Shown here piece by piece: positions 28,835-40,766 of a DNA stretch of 49,321 bases. Within the stretch, counting starts at the first letter, position 1. Each line of letters starts with the position of its first letter. A program made the position numbers and the translations under genes. The notes below the pieces were generated by a model. That model saw nothing but the letters and a program-made list of their open reading frames with translations, searched no databases and had not been told where the DNA came from. This stretch comes from Macrostomum lignano (lineage: Eukaryota): contig NIVC01002988.1 of the NCBI GenBank assembly GCA_002269645.1, positions 1 through 49,321 of the forward strand, read 5' to 3'.

Positions 28835-29310
28835 ACCTTGACCCTAACCTTAGTCCTAAACCTAACCCTAATCTTAATCCTAATCCAGTCCTAACCAAGG
28901 ATAATATATAACAATTGGATTGTCAGACTAGCACTAAGGCATGCTCAAGTTTTGGCCCACAAATCCTCTCCTTCATACCCATTGGCTAGGGGTTTAATAT
29001 ACACTAGGATAAAACAACCTTGCAAACACACCTTTAGATTTATCTATCTACCTACCATGGCCTGCAAGCCCTCCTATCCAAGCTAATTTTCAAACTAGAA
29101 CTAGGCAATATGTTTATGTATAGGTCAGTATAACAAAAGAGCTAAAAATAATAGCCAATTAGAAGGAAGCAAGGGTTTAGGCATATTCAACCCTTTTAGA
29201 TAGAGTAGTTTGATAATCCAATTGTTATATATCATCCTTGGTCCTAACTCCAACCTTAAAAGCTGAACCTAGCCCTAATCTTAATCCTAACCCCAACCCT
29301 AACCCTAAAG
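28835..29310. repeat. Degenerate (CCCTAA)-like interstitial tract split by the MITE
   Basis: CCCTAA/CCTAAT/CCTAAC variants on both sides of the MITE. Confidence 0.6.
28896..29240. mobile_element. hAT-type MITE (345 bp)
   Basis: 35-bp TIRs CAAGGAT(A/G)ATATATAACAATTGGATT(G/A)TCA(G/A)ACTA with 3 mismatches; identical 8-bp TSD GTCCTAAC at 28888-28895 and 29241-29248. Confidence 0.85.
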
Positions 29311-30718
29311 CCTTGACTTTTTTAGCAATTCTTCCCCCATAAACCTAGACATTTCAGTAAGTCTCCCTAAGAGTCACAGTTTGACATGATGCATCTTTTA
29401 TGTTTGACATAATGCTTCTTTATGTTTGACATGATGCTTCTTTTATGTTTTACATGACTTATCTTTTTTGACTTGACAATTCTTTTGTGTTTTAAATGAT
29501 GCTTCTTTTATCAGCATTCTCTGTTAGGAGCCAGCCAACAAAGAATGTAAATAATTTTTTTTGAATAAACTATATGTAGCTTCTGACCTCAGCCTTTATA
29601 TCTTAGCAATCCCCTCATAAGCCTTGACATTGAAATTTCATATTAAAAGTGAAACATTCATCTTAAATTTAGCCCTTACTAGCCTAACACAATCCTAGTC
29701 TTTAATTCTAAGAACTTTAAGAGTTCCCCTTGAAATTGAAAATATTTATATTAACTTTAGTCTCTACCACCCAACTACAAATGCATATGGCATTAAAACT
29801 CTCTATTGCTTAAGTCCCCAAATCCATGCCGGGTCTTAGGTGCTCCCCTTTGAAAGTGACAAAATTATCTTAACTTTAGCCCTTATCACCTAACCATAAT
29901 GTGTACATGGCATTGAAAATCTATGTTGATGCTTGAGTCCTAAATTCCAAGGACTTAAAAGTTCCCCTCACTCTGAACATTCATTCATCTTCACCCCTAT
30001 TAAATCAACAGCTTCAATTCTCTTAAGTCTCAGTTGAGTGCTATTACTAAATACAAGAACTAGATATAGGAAATATGTGTTCCTATAACCATATCTGTAA
30101 CTTCCTATAGCCATATCCACTGCTACAGCAAAACTCTATAAAAAGGTTTTACTTAATCAAAATTTAGATATATCCATTTATGCCAAACTTGAACTTGGTG
30201 CCATTTTTTGTGCATTCCAACTCTGCATGCCAATGTTTTATTTAAAAATCATTTTAAGTATGTTATAGTAAATATGCCATCATTTTTTGTATAAGAAACC
30301 CTTTCTAGAGTAGATCAATAATAAAAATAAGTACAATAATAATAATAATAAGTAAAGAGAACAATAAATGATCAATGTAAGCAGGAAAAAAGAAGCAAGG
30401 AAGAAAATAAAACAATAAATGGTAAAACCAACAAAAGAGAAAGAAAGCAAAAGAAAGTCACAACTACACCATTATTAGAACCAACTACCAAGTTGCAGAT
30501 AGACCAAATAAATAAGTCAAATTTTAAAACTATATTGAGGAGGTTGCACATAGATTATTATAAATGTTATTGATGACAACCATAGGCCTAGGCTATATAA
30601 ATATAGAATTAATTTTACATTATGGCATATTCAATGTATATAAATTTTAGCATTGAAAATAATATTTTAACCAGTGGACTTTAACAAAAAATTTATTGAC
30701 TTTCAGCTACCTACATAA

Positions 30719-33700
30719 ATGTATATGCGCATTGAAGTGCAGCCTGCACCCACTTGTCCACTTGGCAATGCCCGCACTCGAAATTTAAATGAGACTCTGT
30801 ACTTGCGAGGCCAATTGGAAGGTCAGTGCGTGACATTGGCTGTTCAGCGAAAATTAGGCGAGGTCGCAGGTCCATCAAGCTTACTTCAGTGCACAGTTAT
30901 AGCTGTTTTGGTTAGTGTAGATGGCGAGAATCACCCGTATCAATTGGATGGCAGCAGCTGCACTGATGGCATATTCAAGAAGGTTGTTACTATTCCTGCT
31001 GGCGAAGAGAAAGCGCTGGTCCGGTGAGCATGAATCACTTGGCTTGTTTAAAAGCTGTAAGCTGGCTGTGGCATCTAAATGGTCGAGGAATGAGATCTGG
31101 ATTGGAGGGAAAGGGGGTCTGGATTGGTGGGGAGGGGGATCTGGATTGGTGGGGAAGGGGATCTGGATTAATGGGGAGGGGGATCTGGATTGGTTGGGAG
31201 GGGGATCTGGATTGATGGGGAGGGGGATATGGATTGATGGGGAGGGGGATCTGGATTGGTGGGGAAGGGGATCTGGATTGGTGGGGAAGGGGAGCTGGAT
31301 TGGTGGGGAGGGGGGATCTGGATTGGTGGGGAAGGGGAGCTGGATTGGTGGGGAAGGGGATCTGGATTGATGGGGAGGGATCTGGATTGGTGGGGAGGAG
31401 GATCTGGATTGGTGGGGAGGAGAATCTGGATTGGTGGGGAGGAGGATCCGGATTGGTGGGGAGGGGGATCTGGATTGATGGGGAAGGGGGTATGGATTGG
31501 TGGGGAAGGGGATCTGGATTGGAGGGAAAGGGGGTCTGGATTGATGGGGAGGGGGATCTGGATTGATGGGGAGGGGGATCTGGATTGGTGAGGAAGGGGA
31601 TCTGGATTGATGGGGAAGGGGGTATGGATTGGTGGGGAAGGGGATCTGGATTGGAGGGAAAGGGGGTCTGGATTGATGGGGAGGGGGATCTGGATTGATG
31701 GGGAGGGGGATCTGGATTGGTGAGGAAGGGGATCTGGATTGATGGGGAGGGGGATCTGGATTGGTGGGGAGGGGGATCTGGATTGATGGGGAGGGGGATC
31801 TGGATTGGTGAGGAAGGGGATCTGGATTGATGGGGAAGGGGGTATGGATTGGTGGGGAAGGGGATCTGGATTGGAGGGAAAGGGGGTCTGGATTGATGGG
31901 GAGGGGGATCTGGATTGATGGGGAGGGGGATCTGGATTGGTGGGGAGGGGATCTGGATTGGTGGGGAGGGGGATATGGATTAGTGGGGAGGGGGATCTGG
32001 ATTAGTGGGGAGGGGGATATGGATTGGTGGGGAGGAGGAGGATCTGGATTGGTGTTAAGAGGATTAGATCAGACAGACATTTTTATTTTTCACTGTCATA
32101 TCCCGTTGCAGTCTGGATCGCGTGATGGTGCGGTCCTGTCAGCAGAGTAAGTGGAGAGAGGCGATGGCTAGTAAAAAGGCGACTCTTGAAAACTTCAATA
32201 TAAATATTGCAGGTATGTCAGGTGAATTTCCTTTGCTCGTTTCTCCTGTGTTTTAAGAAGCACGAGTTTTTATTTTTGAATTTCAGATCCCAGCGTAAAT
32301 TTTTCGGCAAAAACAGTAAAAAAACTTCGAATCAATTTCTACCTACCCGAGGTAGATAACCGCACTGAGGCATCGACAACGGAATTCCAGGGCGTCGGAC
32401 CGGCCCACGGCGCCGCCGCCTCCCAGTCCGTTTGTAAGCGGCTGTCACTTTGTCACTCGTCTAATCACTTCATGTCACTCGTCTAATCACTTCATGTCAC
32501 TCGTCTAATCACTTCATGTCACTCGTCTAATCACTTCATGTCACTCGTCTAATCACTTCATGTCACTCGTCTAATCACTTCATGTCACTCGTCTAATCAC
32601 TTCATGTCACTCGCCTAATCACTTCATGTCACTCGCCTAATCACTTCATGTCACTCGTCTAATCACTTTATGTCACTCATCTAATCACTTTATGTCACTC
32701 GTCTAATCACTTTATGCCATTCGTCAATCACTTTATGTCACTCGTCTAATCACTTTATGCCATTCGTCAATCACTTTGTCGCTCGTCTAATCACTTCGCT
32801 TTACTCGTCCAATCATTGTCACTTGCATCCAATCCCATTATCGCTCGCATCCAATCACATTTTCGCTCACATCCAATCACATTGTCACTCACATCCAATC
32901 ATTGTCACTCACATCCAAGCATTGTCACTCACATCCAAGCATTGTCACTCACATCCAAGCATTGTCACTCACATCCAATCATTGTCACTCACATCCAATC
33001 ACATTGTCTCTCACATCCAATCACATTGTCACTCACATCCAATCACATTGTCACTCACATCCAATCACATTGTCACTCACATCCAATCACATTGTCACTC
33101 ACATCCAATCACATTTTCACTCACATGCAATCATTGTAACTCATCCAATCACTTTGTCACTCACATGCAATCACTTTGTCACTCACATGCAATCACTTTG
33201 TCACTCACATCCAATCACTTTGTCACTCACATCCAATCACTTTGTCACTCACATGCAATCACATTGTCACTCACATGCAATCACATTGTCACTCACATCC
33301 AATCACATTGTCACTCACATCCAATCACTTTGTCACTCACATCCAATCACATTGTCACTCACATGCAATCACATTGTCACTCACATCCAATCACTTTGTC
33401 ACTCACATCCAATCACATTGTCACATACATCCAATCACATTGTCACTCACATGCAATCACATTGTCACTCACATCCAATCACATTGTCACTCACATCCAA
33501 TCACTTTGTCACTCACATGCAATCACATTGTCACTCACATCCAATCACATTGTCACTCACATCCAATCACTTTGTCACTCACATCCAATCACATTGTCAC
33601 TCACATCCAATCACATTGTCACTCACATCCAATCACTTTGTCACTCACATGCAATCACATTGTCACTCACATCCAATCACATTGTCACTCACATCCAATC

Positions 33701-36000
33701 ACTTTGTCACTCACATGCAATCACATTGTCACTCACATCCAATCACTTTGTCACTCACATGCAATCACATTGTCACTCACATCCAATCACATTGTCACTC
33801 ACATCCAATCACATTGTCACTCACATCCAATCACTTTGTCACTCACATGCAATCACATTGTCACTCACATCCAATCACATTGTCACTCACATCCAATCAC
33901 TTTGTCACTCACATGCAATCACATTGTCACTCACATCCAATCACTTTGTCACTCACATGCAATCACATTGTCACTCACATCCAATCACATTGTCACTCAC
34001 ATCCAATCACATTGTCACTCACATCCAATCACTTTGTCACTCACATGCAATCACATTGTCACTCACATCCAATCACATTGTCACTCACATCCAATCACTT
34101 TGTCACTCACATGCAATCACATTGTCACTCACATCCAATCACATTGTCACTCACATCCAATCACATTGTCACTCACATCCAATCACTTTGTCACTCACAT
34201 GCAATCACATTGTCACTCACATCCAATCACATTGTCACTCACATCCAATCACTTTGTCACTCACATCCAATCACATTGTCACTCACATCCAATCACATTG
34301 TCACTCACATGCAATCACATTGTCACTCACATCCAATCACATTGTCACTCACATCCAATCACTTTGTCACTCACATGCAATCACATTGTCACTCACATCC
34401 AATCACTTTGTCACTCACATGCAATCCCGCCCCAATTCAGCACCGAAAGTGTCAGTGGAGAAAATTCTGACCGCTGTGGCGGAGCCCTGCTGTACTAAAT
34501 TTGGAAGTACCCATCTGGCCATCCTGCTGAGAGATGCGATAAGCGGTGAGCAGTACAAAGTTTCGCTATAAATTTTTTTATAGATTAGTAACGCTATTAA
34601 ATAAAAATCGATATTTTTAGGCGGCAAAAATTTGAAGGTCACCTGTCAAATTGACGACTTCAGCTGCCGGCCGTTTGACTGCCCGGTGAAACGGCACACC
34701 GGGGTGAGAGTTCGAGTTTTTACAGCTTCTCTTCAGTCTGGCATGTCTGTTGCTTTATTTAGCTCGTATTGTTAATGAGTACAATATTTATCATTTCAGC
34801 ACCTGCTGGAGATTGAACCTGTTGGAAGTTGCATCCCGGCTGAACTGATTGACATCATTGAGAGCCGCAATTTGGATTGCTTCTCTTGCCGATTCTTTGT
34901 TGCCATGGAGACTCAAAGTGAGCCAGCAGCAGAAAGCGAGCCAATCCGCTTCAGATGGGGCTGCGGCAGCTGCGATAGCCAGCAGAATCTAATTCAACTC
35001 AGTCTGCCCTGTGCGAGCTCGTCCTCTGCATTCGAGCATCACGGTAACTCTTCCGTGTGTTAGCAGGAAAACAAGAGAAACCAGATTCCAATCCTTTCTC
35101 TATGTCTCAGTTTGTTCGGGAACTTTCTCAGATCCTCACACTGGGCCTCCGCCATCCTCACACTGGGCCTCCGCCATCCTCACACTGGGCCTCCGCCATC
35201 CTCACACTGAGCCTCCGCCATCCTCACACTGGGCCTCCGCCATCCTCACACTGAGCCTCCGCCATCCTCACACTGAGCCTCCGCCATCCTCACACTGAGC
35301 CTCCGCCATCCTCACACTGAGCCTCCGCCATCCTCACACTGAGCCTCCGCCATCCTCACACTGAGCCTCCGCCATCCTCACACTGAGCCTCCGCCATCTT
35401 CACACTGAGCCTCCGCCATCCTCACACTGGGCCTCCGCCATCCTCACACTGGGCCTCCGCCATCCTCACACTGGGCCCCTTCCTGTAACTGTAATTAATA
35501 AATAATTAATAATTACAGAACCGCGTCGCAAGCAAGCCGGCGCCAGTGGCGTATCCGGGCTCCTGCAGCCCCAAACCATCAACCTGGTCCAATGGCAGCC
35601 GGTTTTCCAGCCTCAGGCTGGGATGGGGCCAAGCGTGCAACCTCCAGCCATCAATCTGATCCATCAGCAGCAGCAGGTGTACTCAAGACCCAGCATCTTT
35701 GACAGTGGGACTGCAACTGCGGCAGAACCCGAGCTTCATCCTCAGCAGCCAGAGCAGTTTCTGGTGCAGCCAATGTCAGCTGGCGCCGCCTCTGTCGGGC
35801 TCTGTCAGAATGTCGGAATATCGATGTCGGAATACATCAGTCCCGAGCTGCTGACCAAGGACGCTCGGAGAACTCGCCAGTTTGACGAGGAGTTTAGTAG
35901 ACAATTCCCACCGCCCGCAGCAGCACCGTCTGAAGCAGAACTGGAAGAGAAGTTGCACGATCTAATGGAGATTATAGAACGCGAGGAAAACACTTCATGA
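30719..36000 (+). CDS. Divergent Rel-homology-domain transcription factor (NF-kB/Rel-like; RHD-N, IPT-like domain, Gln-rich/acidic tail; no ankyrin repeats), 488 aa
   Basis: Exons 30719-31023, 32112-32212, 32287-32433, 34441-34545, 34621-34703, 34800-35043 and 35519-36000, all GT-AG with matching phases, total 1467 nt. Motifs colinear with recalled RelA: YMRIEVQP~YVEIIEQP; VIAVLVS..HPYQLDGSSCTDG~VRISLVT..HPHELVGKDCRDG; KLRINFYL~AVRLCFQV; SEPIRFRW~SEPMEFQY. Confidence 0.75.
31095..32052. repeat. G-rich 22-24-bp minisatellite (GGATCTGGATTGGTGGGGAGGG)n filling Rel-like intron 1
   Basis: Direct periodicity; explains the WIGGEG-type spurious ORFs. Confidence 0.93.
32445..34425. repeat. 22-bp minisatellite (TCACTCACATCCAATCACATTG)n filling Rel-like intron 3
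   Basis: About 90 units; the 5' block has variant TCACTCGTCTAATCACTTCATG. Confidence 0.96.
35133..35477. repeat. 22-bp minisatellite (CCTCCGCCATCCTCACACTG[A/G]G)n in Rel-like intron 6
   Basis: Direct periodicity, about 15 copies. Confidence 0.93.
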
Positions 36001-36090
36001 TTGTAGCCGCTCTAAGCCTGAAAGGCGTTGAGTTCATCAGATGTTTAAAACTACTTAGTAGTATAGATGTCGGCATGTGCATGTTGGTTA

Positions 36091-37060
36091 CTTCGGGTGT
36101 GTCATAAGTAATGTCACTGCAGGCTTCTGTCTAAAATATGTAGGCACATGGACTTGTGGGTAGTGTAGCTGCAAAGTATACTTAGTGAAGCAATACCAGT
36201 GCATTTGAGACGTGCATAGGTTGTTTATGGCCCAATCTATCGCAAGAATACGCCAAGCAGATTTAGCAAGTGCAACGCGATGAAAAATCGTCTATGCAGC
36301 GAACAAAAATCACCATGAATCTCGACAAGACGCCTGCACCAAGCAGATCCGCAAGGTGTTCAGCAGGCGGGGCTTGAATGACATCCTAAACTGCCTGGTT
36401 GCTGAGGATGAAAGCTGGCTCCACCGGGATGGCAAGGGCAGCAAGTCAGACAATCGCTGCTGGCTGGGAGCTGGGGACTCCAGGGTGACTGTGACCAGGA
36501 AGTCCATCTTGGACAAGAAGACCATGCTGCTGGTAGCCTTCACGCCAAACGAACGAGTCTCCATCTGCACAACTCCACCGAACACCAAGGTCAATGGCCA
36601 GTATTTTATCGACTTTGTCCGGCACACTGGGGACCTCTGGCGCACTCTCCGGTCAAATCCATGTCACCTGGACGAGGTTCTGTGGCAGATGGACACCGCA
36701 CGGCCGCACACCTGTAAGGCTTTTTCGAATTTTCTGCCTGCACGGCGAGTGAATCAGCTCTGACAGAGTCCCTACAGCCCGGACTTCAACTTTTGCAAGA
36801 GATTCCTGTTCAAATGGCTGAAGGCTGACTTTTCCAAGAAGTGTTTCGCAAACCATGAAGGTCAAACAGGCTGCGTTGCACTGGTTTTGGCAGTTGGAGG
36901 AAAAACACCTGTAGGCTGAGGTGGACAAGCTGTATGAGCATTGCCAGAGGGTGATTGATATTGGGGGACTCTATGTTGTTGAGTGGTACAGTTTTCTTCA
37001 TCTGCGATTGCAAGTTCGTCTGTTTTCACATCAGTGACATTACTTATGACACACCCGAAG
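36091..37060 (+). mobile_element. Internally deleted, non-autonomous mariner-family transposon (970 bp)
   Basis: Perfect 29-bp TIRs CTTCGGGTGTGTCATAAGTAATGTCACTG; TA on both flanks (36089-36090, 37061-37062); transposase remnant with AEDESW, KTMLLVAF, MDTARPH and PYSPD motifs; stop at 36761. Confidence 0.93.
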
Positions 37061-37599
37061 TATAAAAGCATTTGTTAAATAGAAAAATAGTAAAATGCTT
37101 TACTTCAGGGTACAATCTATTTGCCCGCAAAAGCCTCTTTATCGGGCCCTCGCGTCCTTTGAAACTTCACAATAGCCATCCGGACTGCTCTGGGTTTGTG
37201 TTAAAAAGTTTGCCGACCCCTGCCTTACTTACCATTCGTCATGTACACGCTGTCAAGCCGCCAAAGTACCGTTCTTACCGGTTATGAAAGCAACTCAAAT
37301 TGTATTTTGCCAGTCCAAAGTCATTAACTGCTAAGTTATGCTCGTATTGTAGCGTGCTACTTTCAGTAGCATATTGTTGTAAACATGTTATATAACTGAC
37401 AAGTGCGTATTTTTAACAGTCTTATTATTGATTGAGAAAGATTTACAGCAATCTTTTTTATTGTAAATTTTATATTTGAAATATACTAAATGATATGCGC
37501 TCGTGTGAACAAGACATTTTTAAAAAGTAATTTTCTTCACTGTCGGTACATGCAGTTCATTGTTCAAGTCTAGTAGGTAAAGTCACCAAAACCAGTGAT

Positions 37600-37900
37600 G
37601 AGGCAATTCTGCCCATCGCGCCGACTCCTGAGAACTCTGCAATGAGGAATGCTAAATTCTGCCTCTCTGGTGTTGAGAGAATGCGGAGCACTACATCTGC
37701 GAATGTCCCGCATTTACTCGGAACAGGCTGCTGGATCTCTCCGACGTTTTCGGGCCCCCGAGAATTTCTGCCAGCTACCGGGCCACCGACCGCGCTGAGG
37801 ACACCGGCACCGCCGGGTGTACAGCAGCACGGACGTCAGACATGTACACTGATGTGTGCACACAAGCCCCAAATGAATTCGGGCGCGAGAGTCAGACTCG
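37600..37900 (+). mobile_element. Degraded 3' remnant of a LOA-like LINE ORF2
   Basis: KFC..(fs)ENAEHYICECPAFTRNRL resembles the CPFC..ETAEH..FCP..ARH motif of the intact element. Confidence 0.55.
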
Positions 37901-38415
37901 CGTTAAAAGCTTAAAAAAGATTACTACATGTTATAATGTTTTTAATTGACAACACAGCGAAGCATCATCAACTTACTCGCGTATATTATTACTGAATCAA
38001 CCTGGCACAAGGCCAATAAACAGGAAGAATTAAATAAAATAATTAAATAGCAAAAAAAGCGGCAACGCTCCTATGTACATTGGGGACAAGCAAAACACTG
38101 AAATCGTAGGAGAAAATTTCGTTTCAAATTGTTGCTTAGCACACATCAAATGCCTGCCCTGTGTTGGCCGAAGTCAACTCTGATAAGATTGCGCAGCGAC
38201 TTCATACAAAATCGAATGCTTTCTTGGGTCTACTGAATCAATAAAAAATATTATATACCAATATTCACAACTAATAGTACATATAGTTGGAAGAAAATAT
38301 AAATCACAATTACAATAACGCATCTCTCGACCTCATAACAGAACACAAGTACCGGTACGTTTAAAAATTGTGCAGGTTGATTTTAACAAACAGCTCATAA
38401 GCCCGACTAAACAAT

Positions 38416-39214
38416 GAGTGGTTTCCACACCTTGGATGGCATCGCTAAACCTGGTTGAGTGAGTGGTTTCCACACCTTGGATGGCATCGCTAAACCTGGT
38501 TGAGTGAGTGGTTTCCACACCTTGGATGGCATCTCTAAACCTGGCTGAGTAAGTGGTTTCCACACCTTGGATGGCATCGCTAAACCTGGTTGAGTGAGTG
38601 GTTTCCACACCTTGGATGGCATCTCTAAACCTGGCTGAGTAAGTGGTTTCCACACCTTGGATGGCATCGCTAAACCTGGTTGAGTGAGTGGTTTCCACAC
38701 CTTGGATGGCATCTCTAAACCTGGCTGAGTGAGTGGTTTCCACACCTTGGATGGCATCTCTAAACCTGGCTGAGTGAGTGGTTTCCACACCTTGGATGGC
38801 ATCTCTAAACCTGGCTGAGTGAGTGGTTTCCACACCTTGGATGGGATCTCTAAACCTGGCCGAGTGAGTGGTTTTCACACCTTGGATGGCATCTCTAAAC
38901 CTGGCCGAGTGAGTGGTTTCCACACCTTGGATGGCATCTCTAAACCTGGCTGAGTGAGTGGTTTCCACACCTTGGATGGCATCTCTAAACCTGGCTGAGT
39001 GAGTGGTTTCCACACCTTGGATGGCATCTCTAAACCTGGCTGAGTGAGTGGTTTCCACACCTTGGATGGGGTCTCTAAACCTGGCCGAGTGAGTGGTTTC
39101 CACACCTTGGATGGCATCTCTAAACCTGGCTGAGTGAGTGGTTTCACAATTTGGATGGCATCTCTAAACCTGGCTGAGTGAGTGGTTTCACAATTTGGAT
39201 GGCATCTCTAAACC
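38416..39214. repeat. 45-bp minisatellite (GAGTGAGTGGTTTCCACACCTTGGATGGCATCTCTAAACCTGGCT)n
   Basis: About 18 copies, no unique spacers. Confidence 0.95.
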
Positions 39215-40418
39215 TATAAAAGGCCATGAAAAGCAAATTTTAATACAATATACAAGGCTGAAGATCGCATATGGTCGCCTTATTGTACAAATTAGAAATG
39301 TATAGGAGTAGAAAAGACCAAGGCCAAAATGACTCGAAATAAAAGATTGTACAATCAGACAAACTACTACTAATAAGAGTATATAATTGAACAAACTAGC
39401 TCAACAAACTATGCAAATACAGGGCAGCAGTAGGCATACATATATATACATCTATAAGAAGCACCAGGGAAGTGTTAAGACAAATACTCGGACTCAATGG
39501 CTCAGTAATAGATAAAGTCTGTTATTATTATCTATACGATAATTAGCATACATATATAACATATAGTTTATATATTGTCCAATACAAACTGAATGATCTT
39601 GTGAATCAAAAACTGTACTCCATCGAATAGGAAATAACAAAATAGCATTAGAGTAAGAAATCTTATTGCATCACAAAGCCAGGGATTGTTAGCCTGCTGA
39701 AAATAAAATAATTTATTGATTCACAACAGCTGACAGCTCTCGTATTGATTAGTATAAGGATAGTGGCATTAAACAGCTGTTGTAATGCTCATGCTCAAAA
39801 GCTATGGTTTGTGACTCCCGTACAAACGATTAAAAGACATTGAACTCGTCTTCCTCACCTTCATAATTTCATAAAATGAATAATTTGAAAGCAGATATGA
39901 TAAAATTGCTGTTTTTCCATTGCAACCCGTTTTTGAAGGATTCCGTTAAAGCTACTAATTAATAGTAAGCGACTTTCATTAATAAACGCATTTCTGCTAT
40001 GCCTAAACATCCAGCCGGGAACACATAATATATAACTTGATCTGTCACTCTCGTGTCTATACGTGTGGCTACTATAACGACAGTAGTAGAATTTGCATGT
40101 GCAAAGATTAATTCTCATCAGCGCGTAAAATTTAATTGGAAGTAAATAAACTAATGCATATGTACATAGGTTCTAAAGGTTTCTAAAGGTGTTTACTAGC
40201 ATCAAGTTGCCATCTTATCCAGGCAGAATTTTTGCGATAATAAACTAGCAGTGCCTTCGTTTAATGATATCTACAAGAACAATATTACAGTGCTCTTATA
40301 CCACGTCAGATTGTCTGTTCGCATCTGAGTGTTATTTAAAAAATCTTATTTCATTTACTAGTAGATCGGGTAATGATCTTTTAGCGCCTCCTGTGTCAGT
40401 CTCCTGAATTTATTTATC

Positions 40419-40645
40419 CTAGCTCCCCTCCCTCTCCTAGCTCTACTCCCTCTTCTAGCTCCCCTCCCTCTCCTAGCTCCCCTTCTCTCCTAGCTCCCCT
40501 CTCTCTCCTAGCTCCCCTTCTCTCCTAGCTCCCCTCTCTCTCCTAGCTCCCCTTCTCTCCTAGCTCCCCTCCCTCTCCTAGCTCCCCTCCCTCTCCTAGC
40601 TCCCCACCCTCTCCTAGCTCCCCTCCCTCTCCTAGCTCCCCATCC
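40419..40645. repeat. 18/19-bp pyrimidine-rich minisatellite (CCTAGCTCCCCTCCCTCT)n
   Basis: Direct periodicity, downstream of the G-alpha stop. Confidence 0.9.
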
Positions 40646-40766
40646 CTCCCTTTCCCCCTCTTACATCTGGGCCTAAGAGTAAGTGCAGGAGTAAAATTTT
40701 GAAGTGAGCAATCTAGTTATATATTATCTGTAGCCGGGAATGAATGAATCGAATAGAAGGCGCTAC

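Noticed and set aside
32757-34571. Long His/Ser/Thr-rich ORFs in three frames
   Set aside because: Stop-free translation of a 22-bp intronic minisatellite; only the last part (34441-34545) is a real exon
38333-39147. 15-aa repeat ORFs (ETTHSARFRDAIQGV) as a second peptide precursor
   Set aside because: No signal peptide, no dibasic sites, and open in two frames simply because the unit is 45 bp
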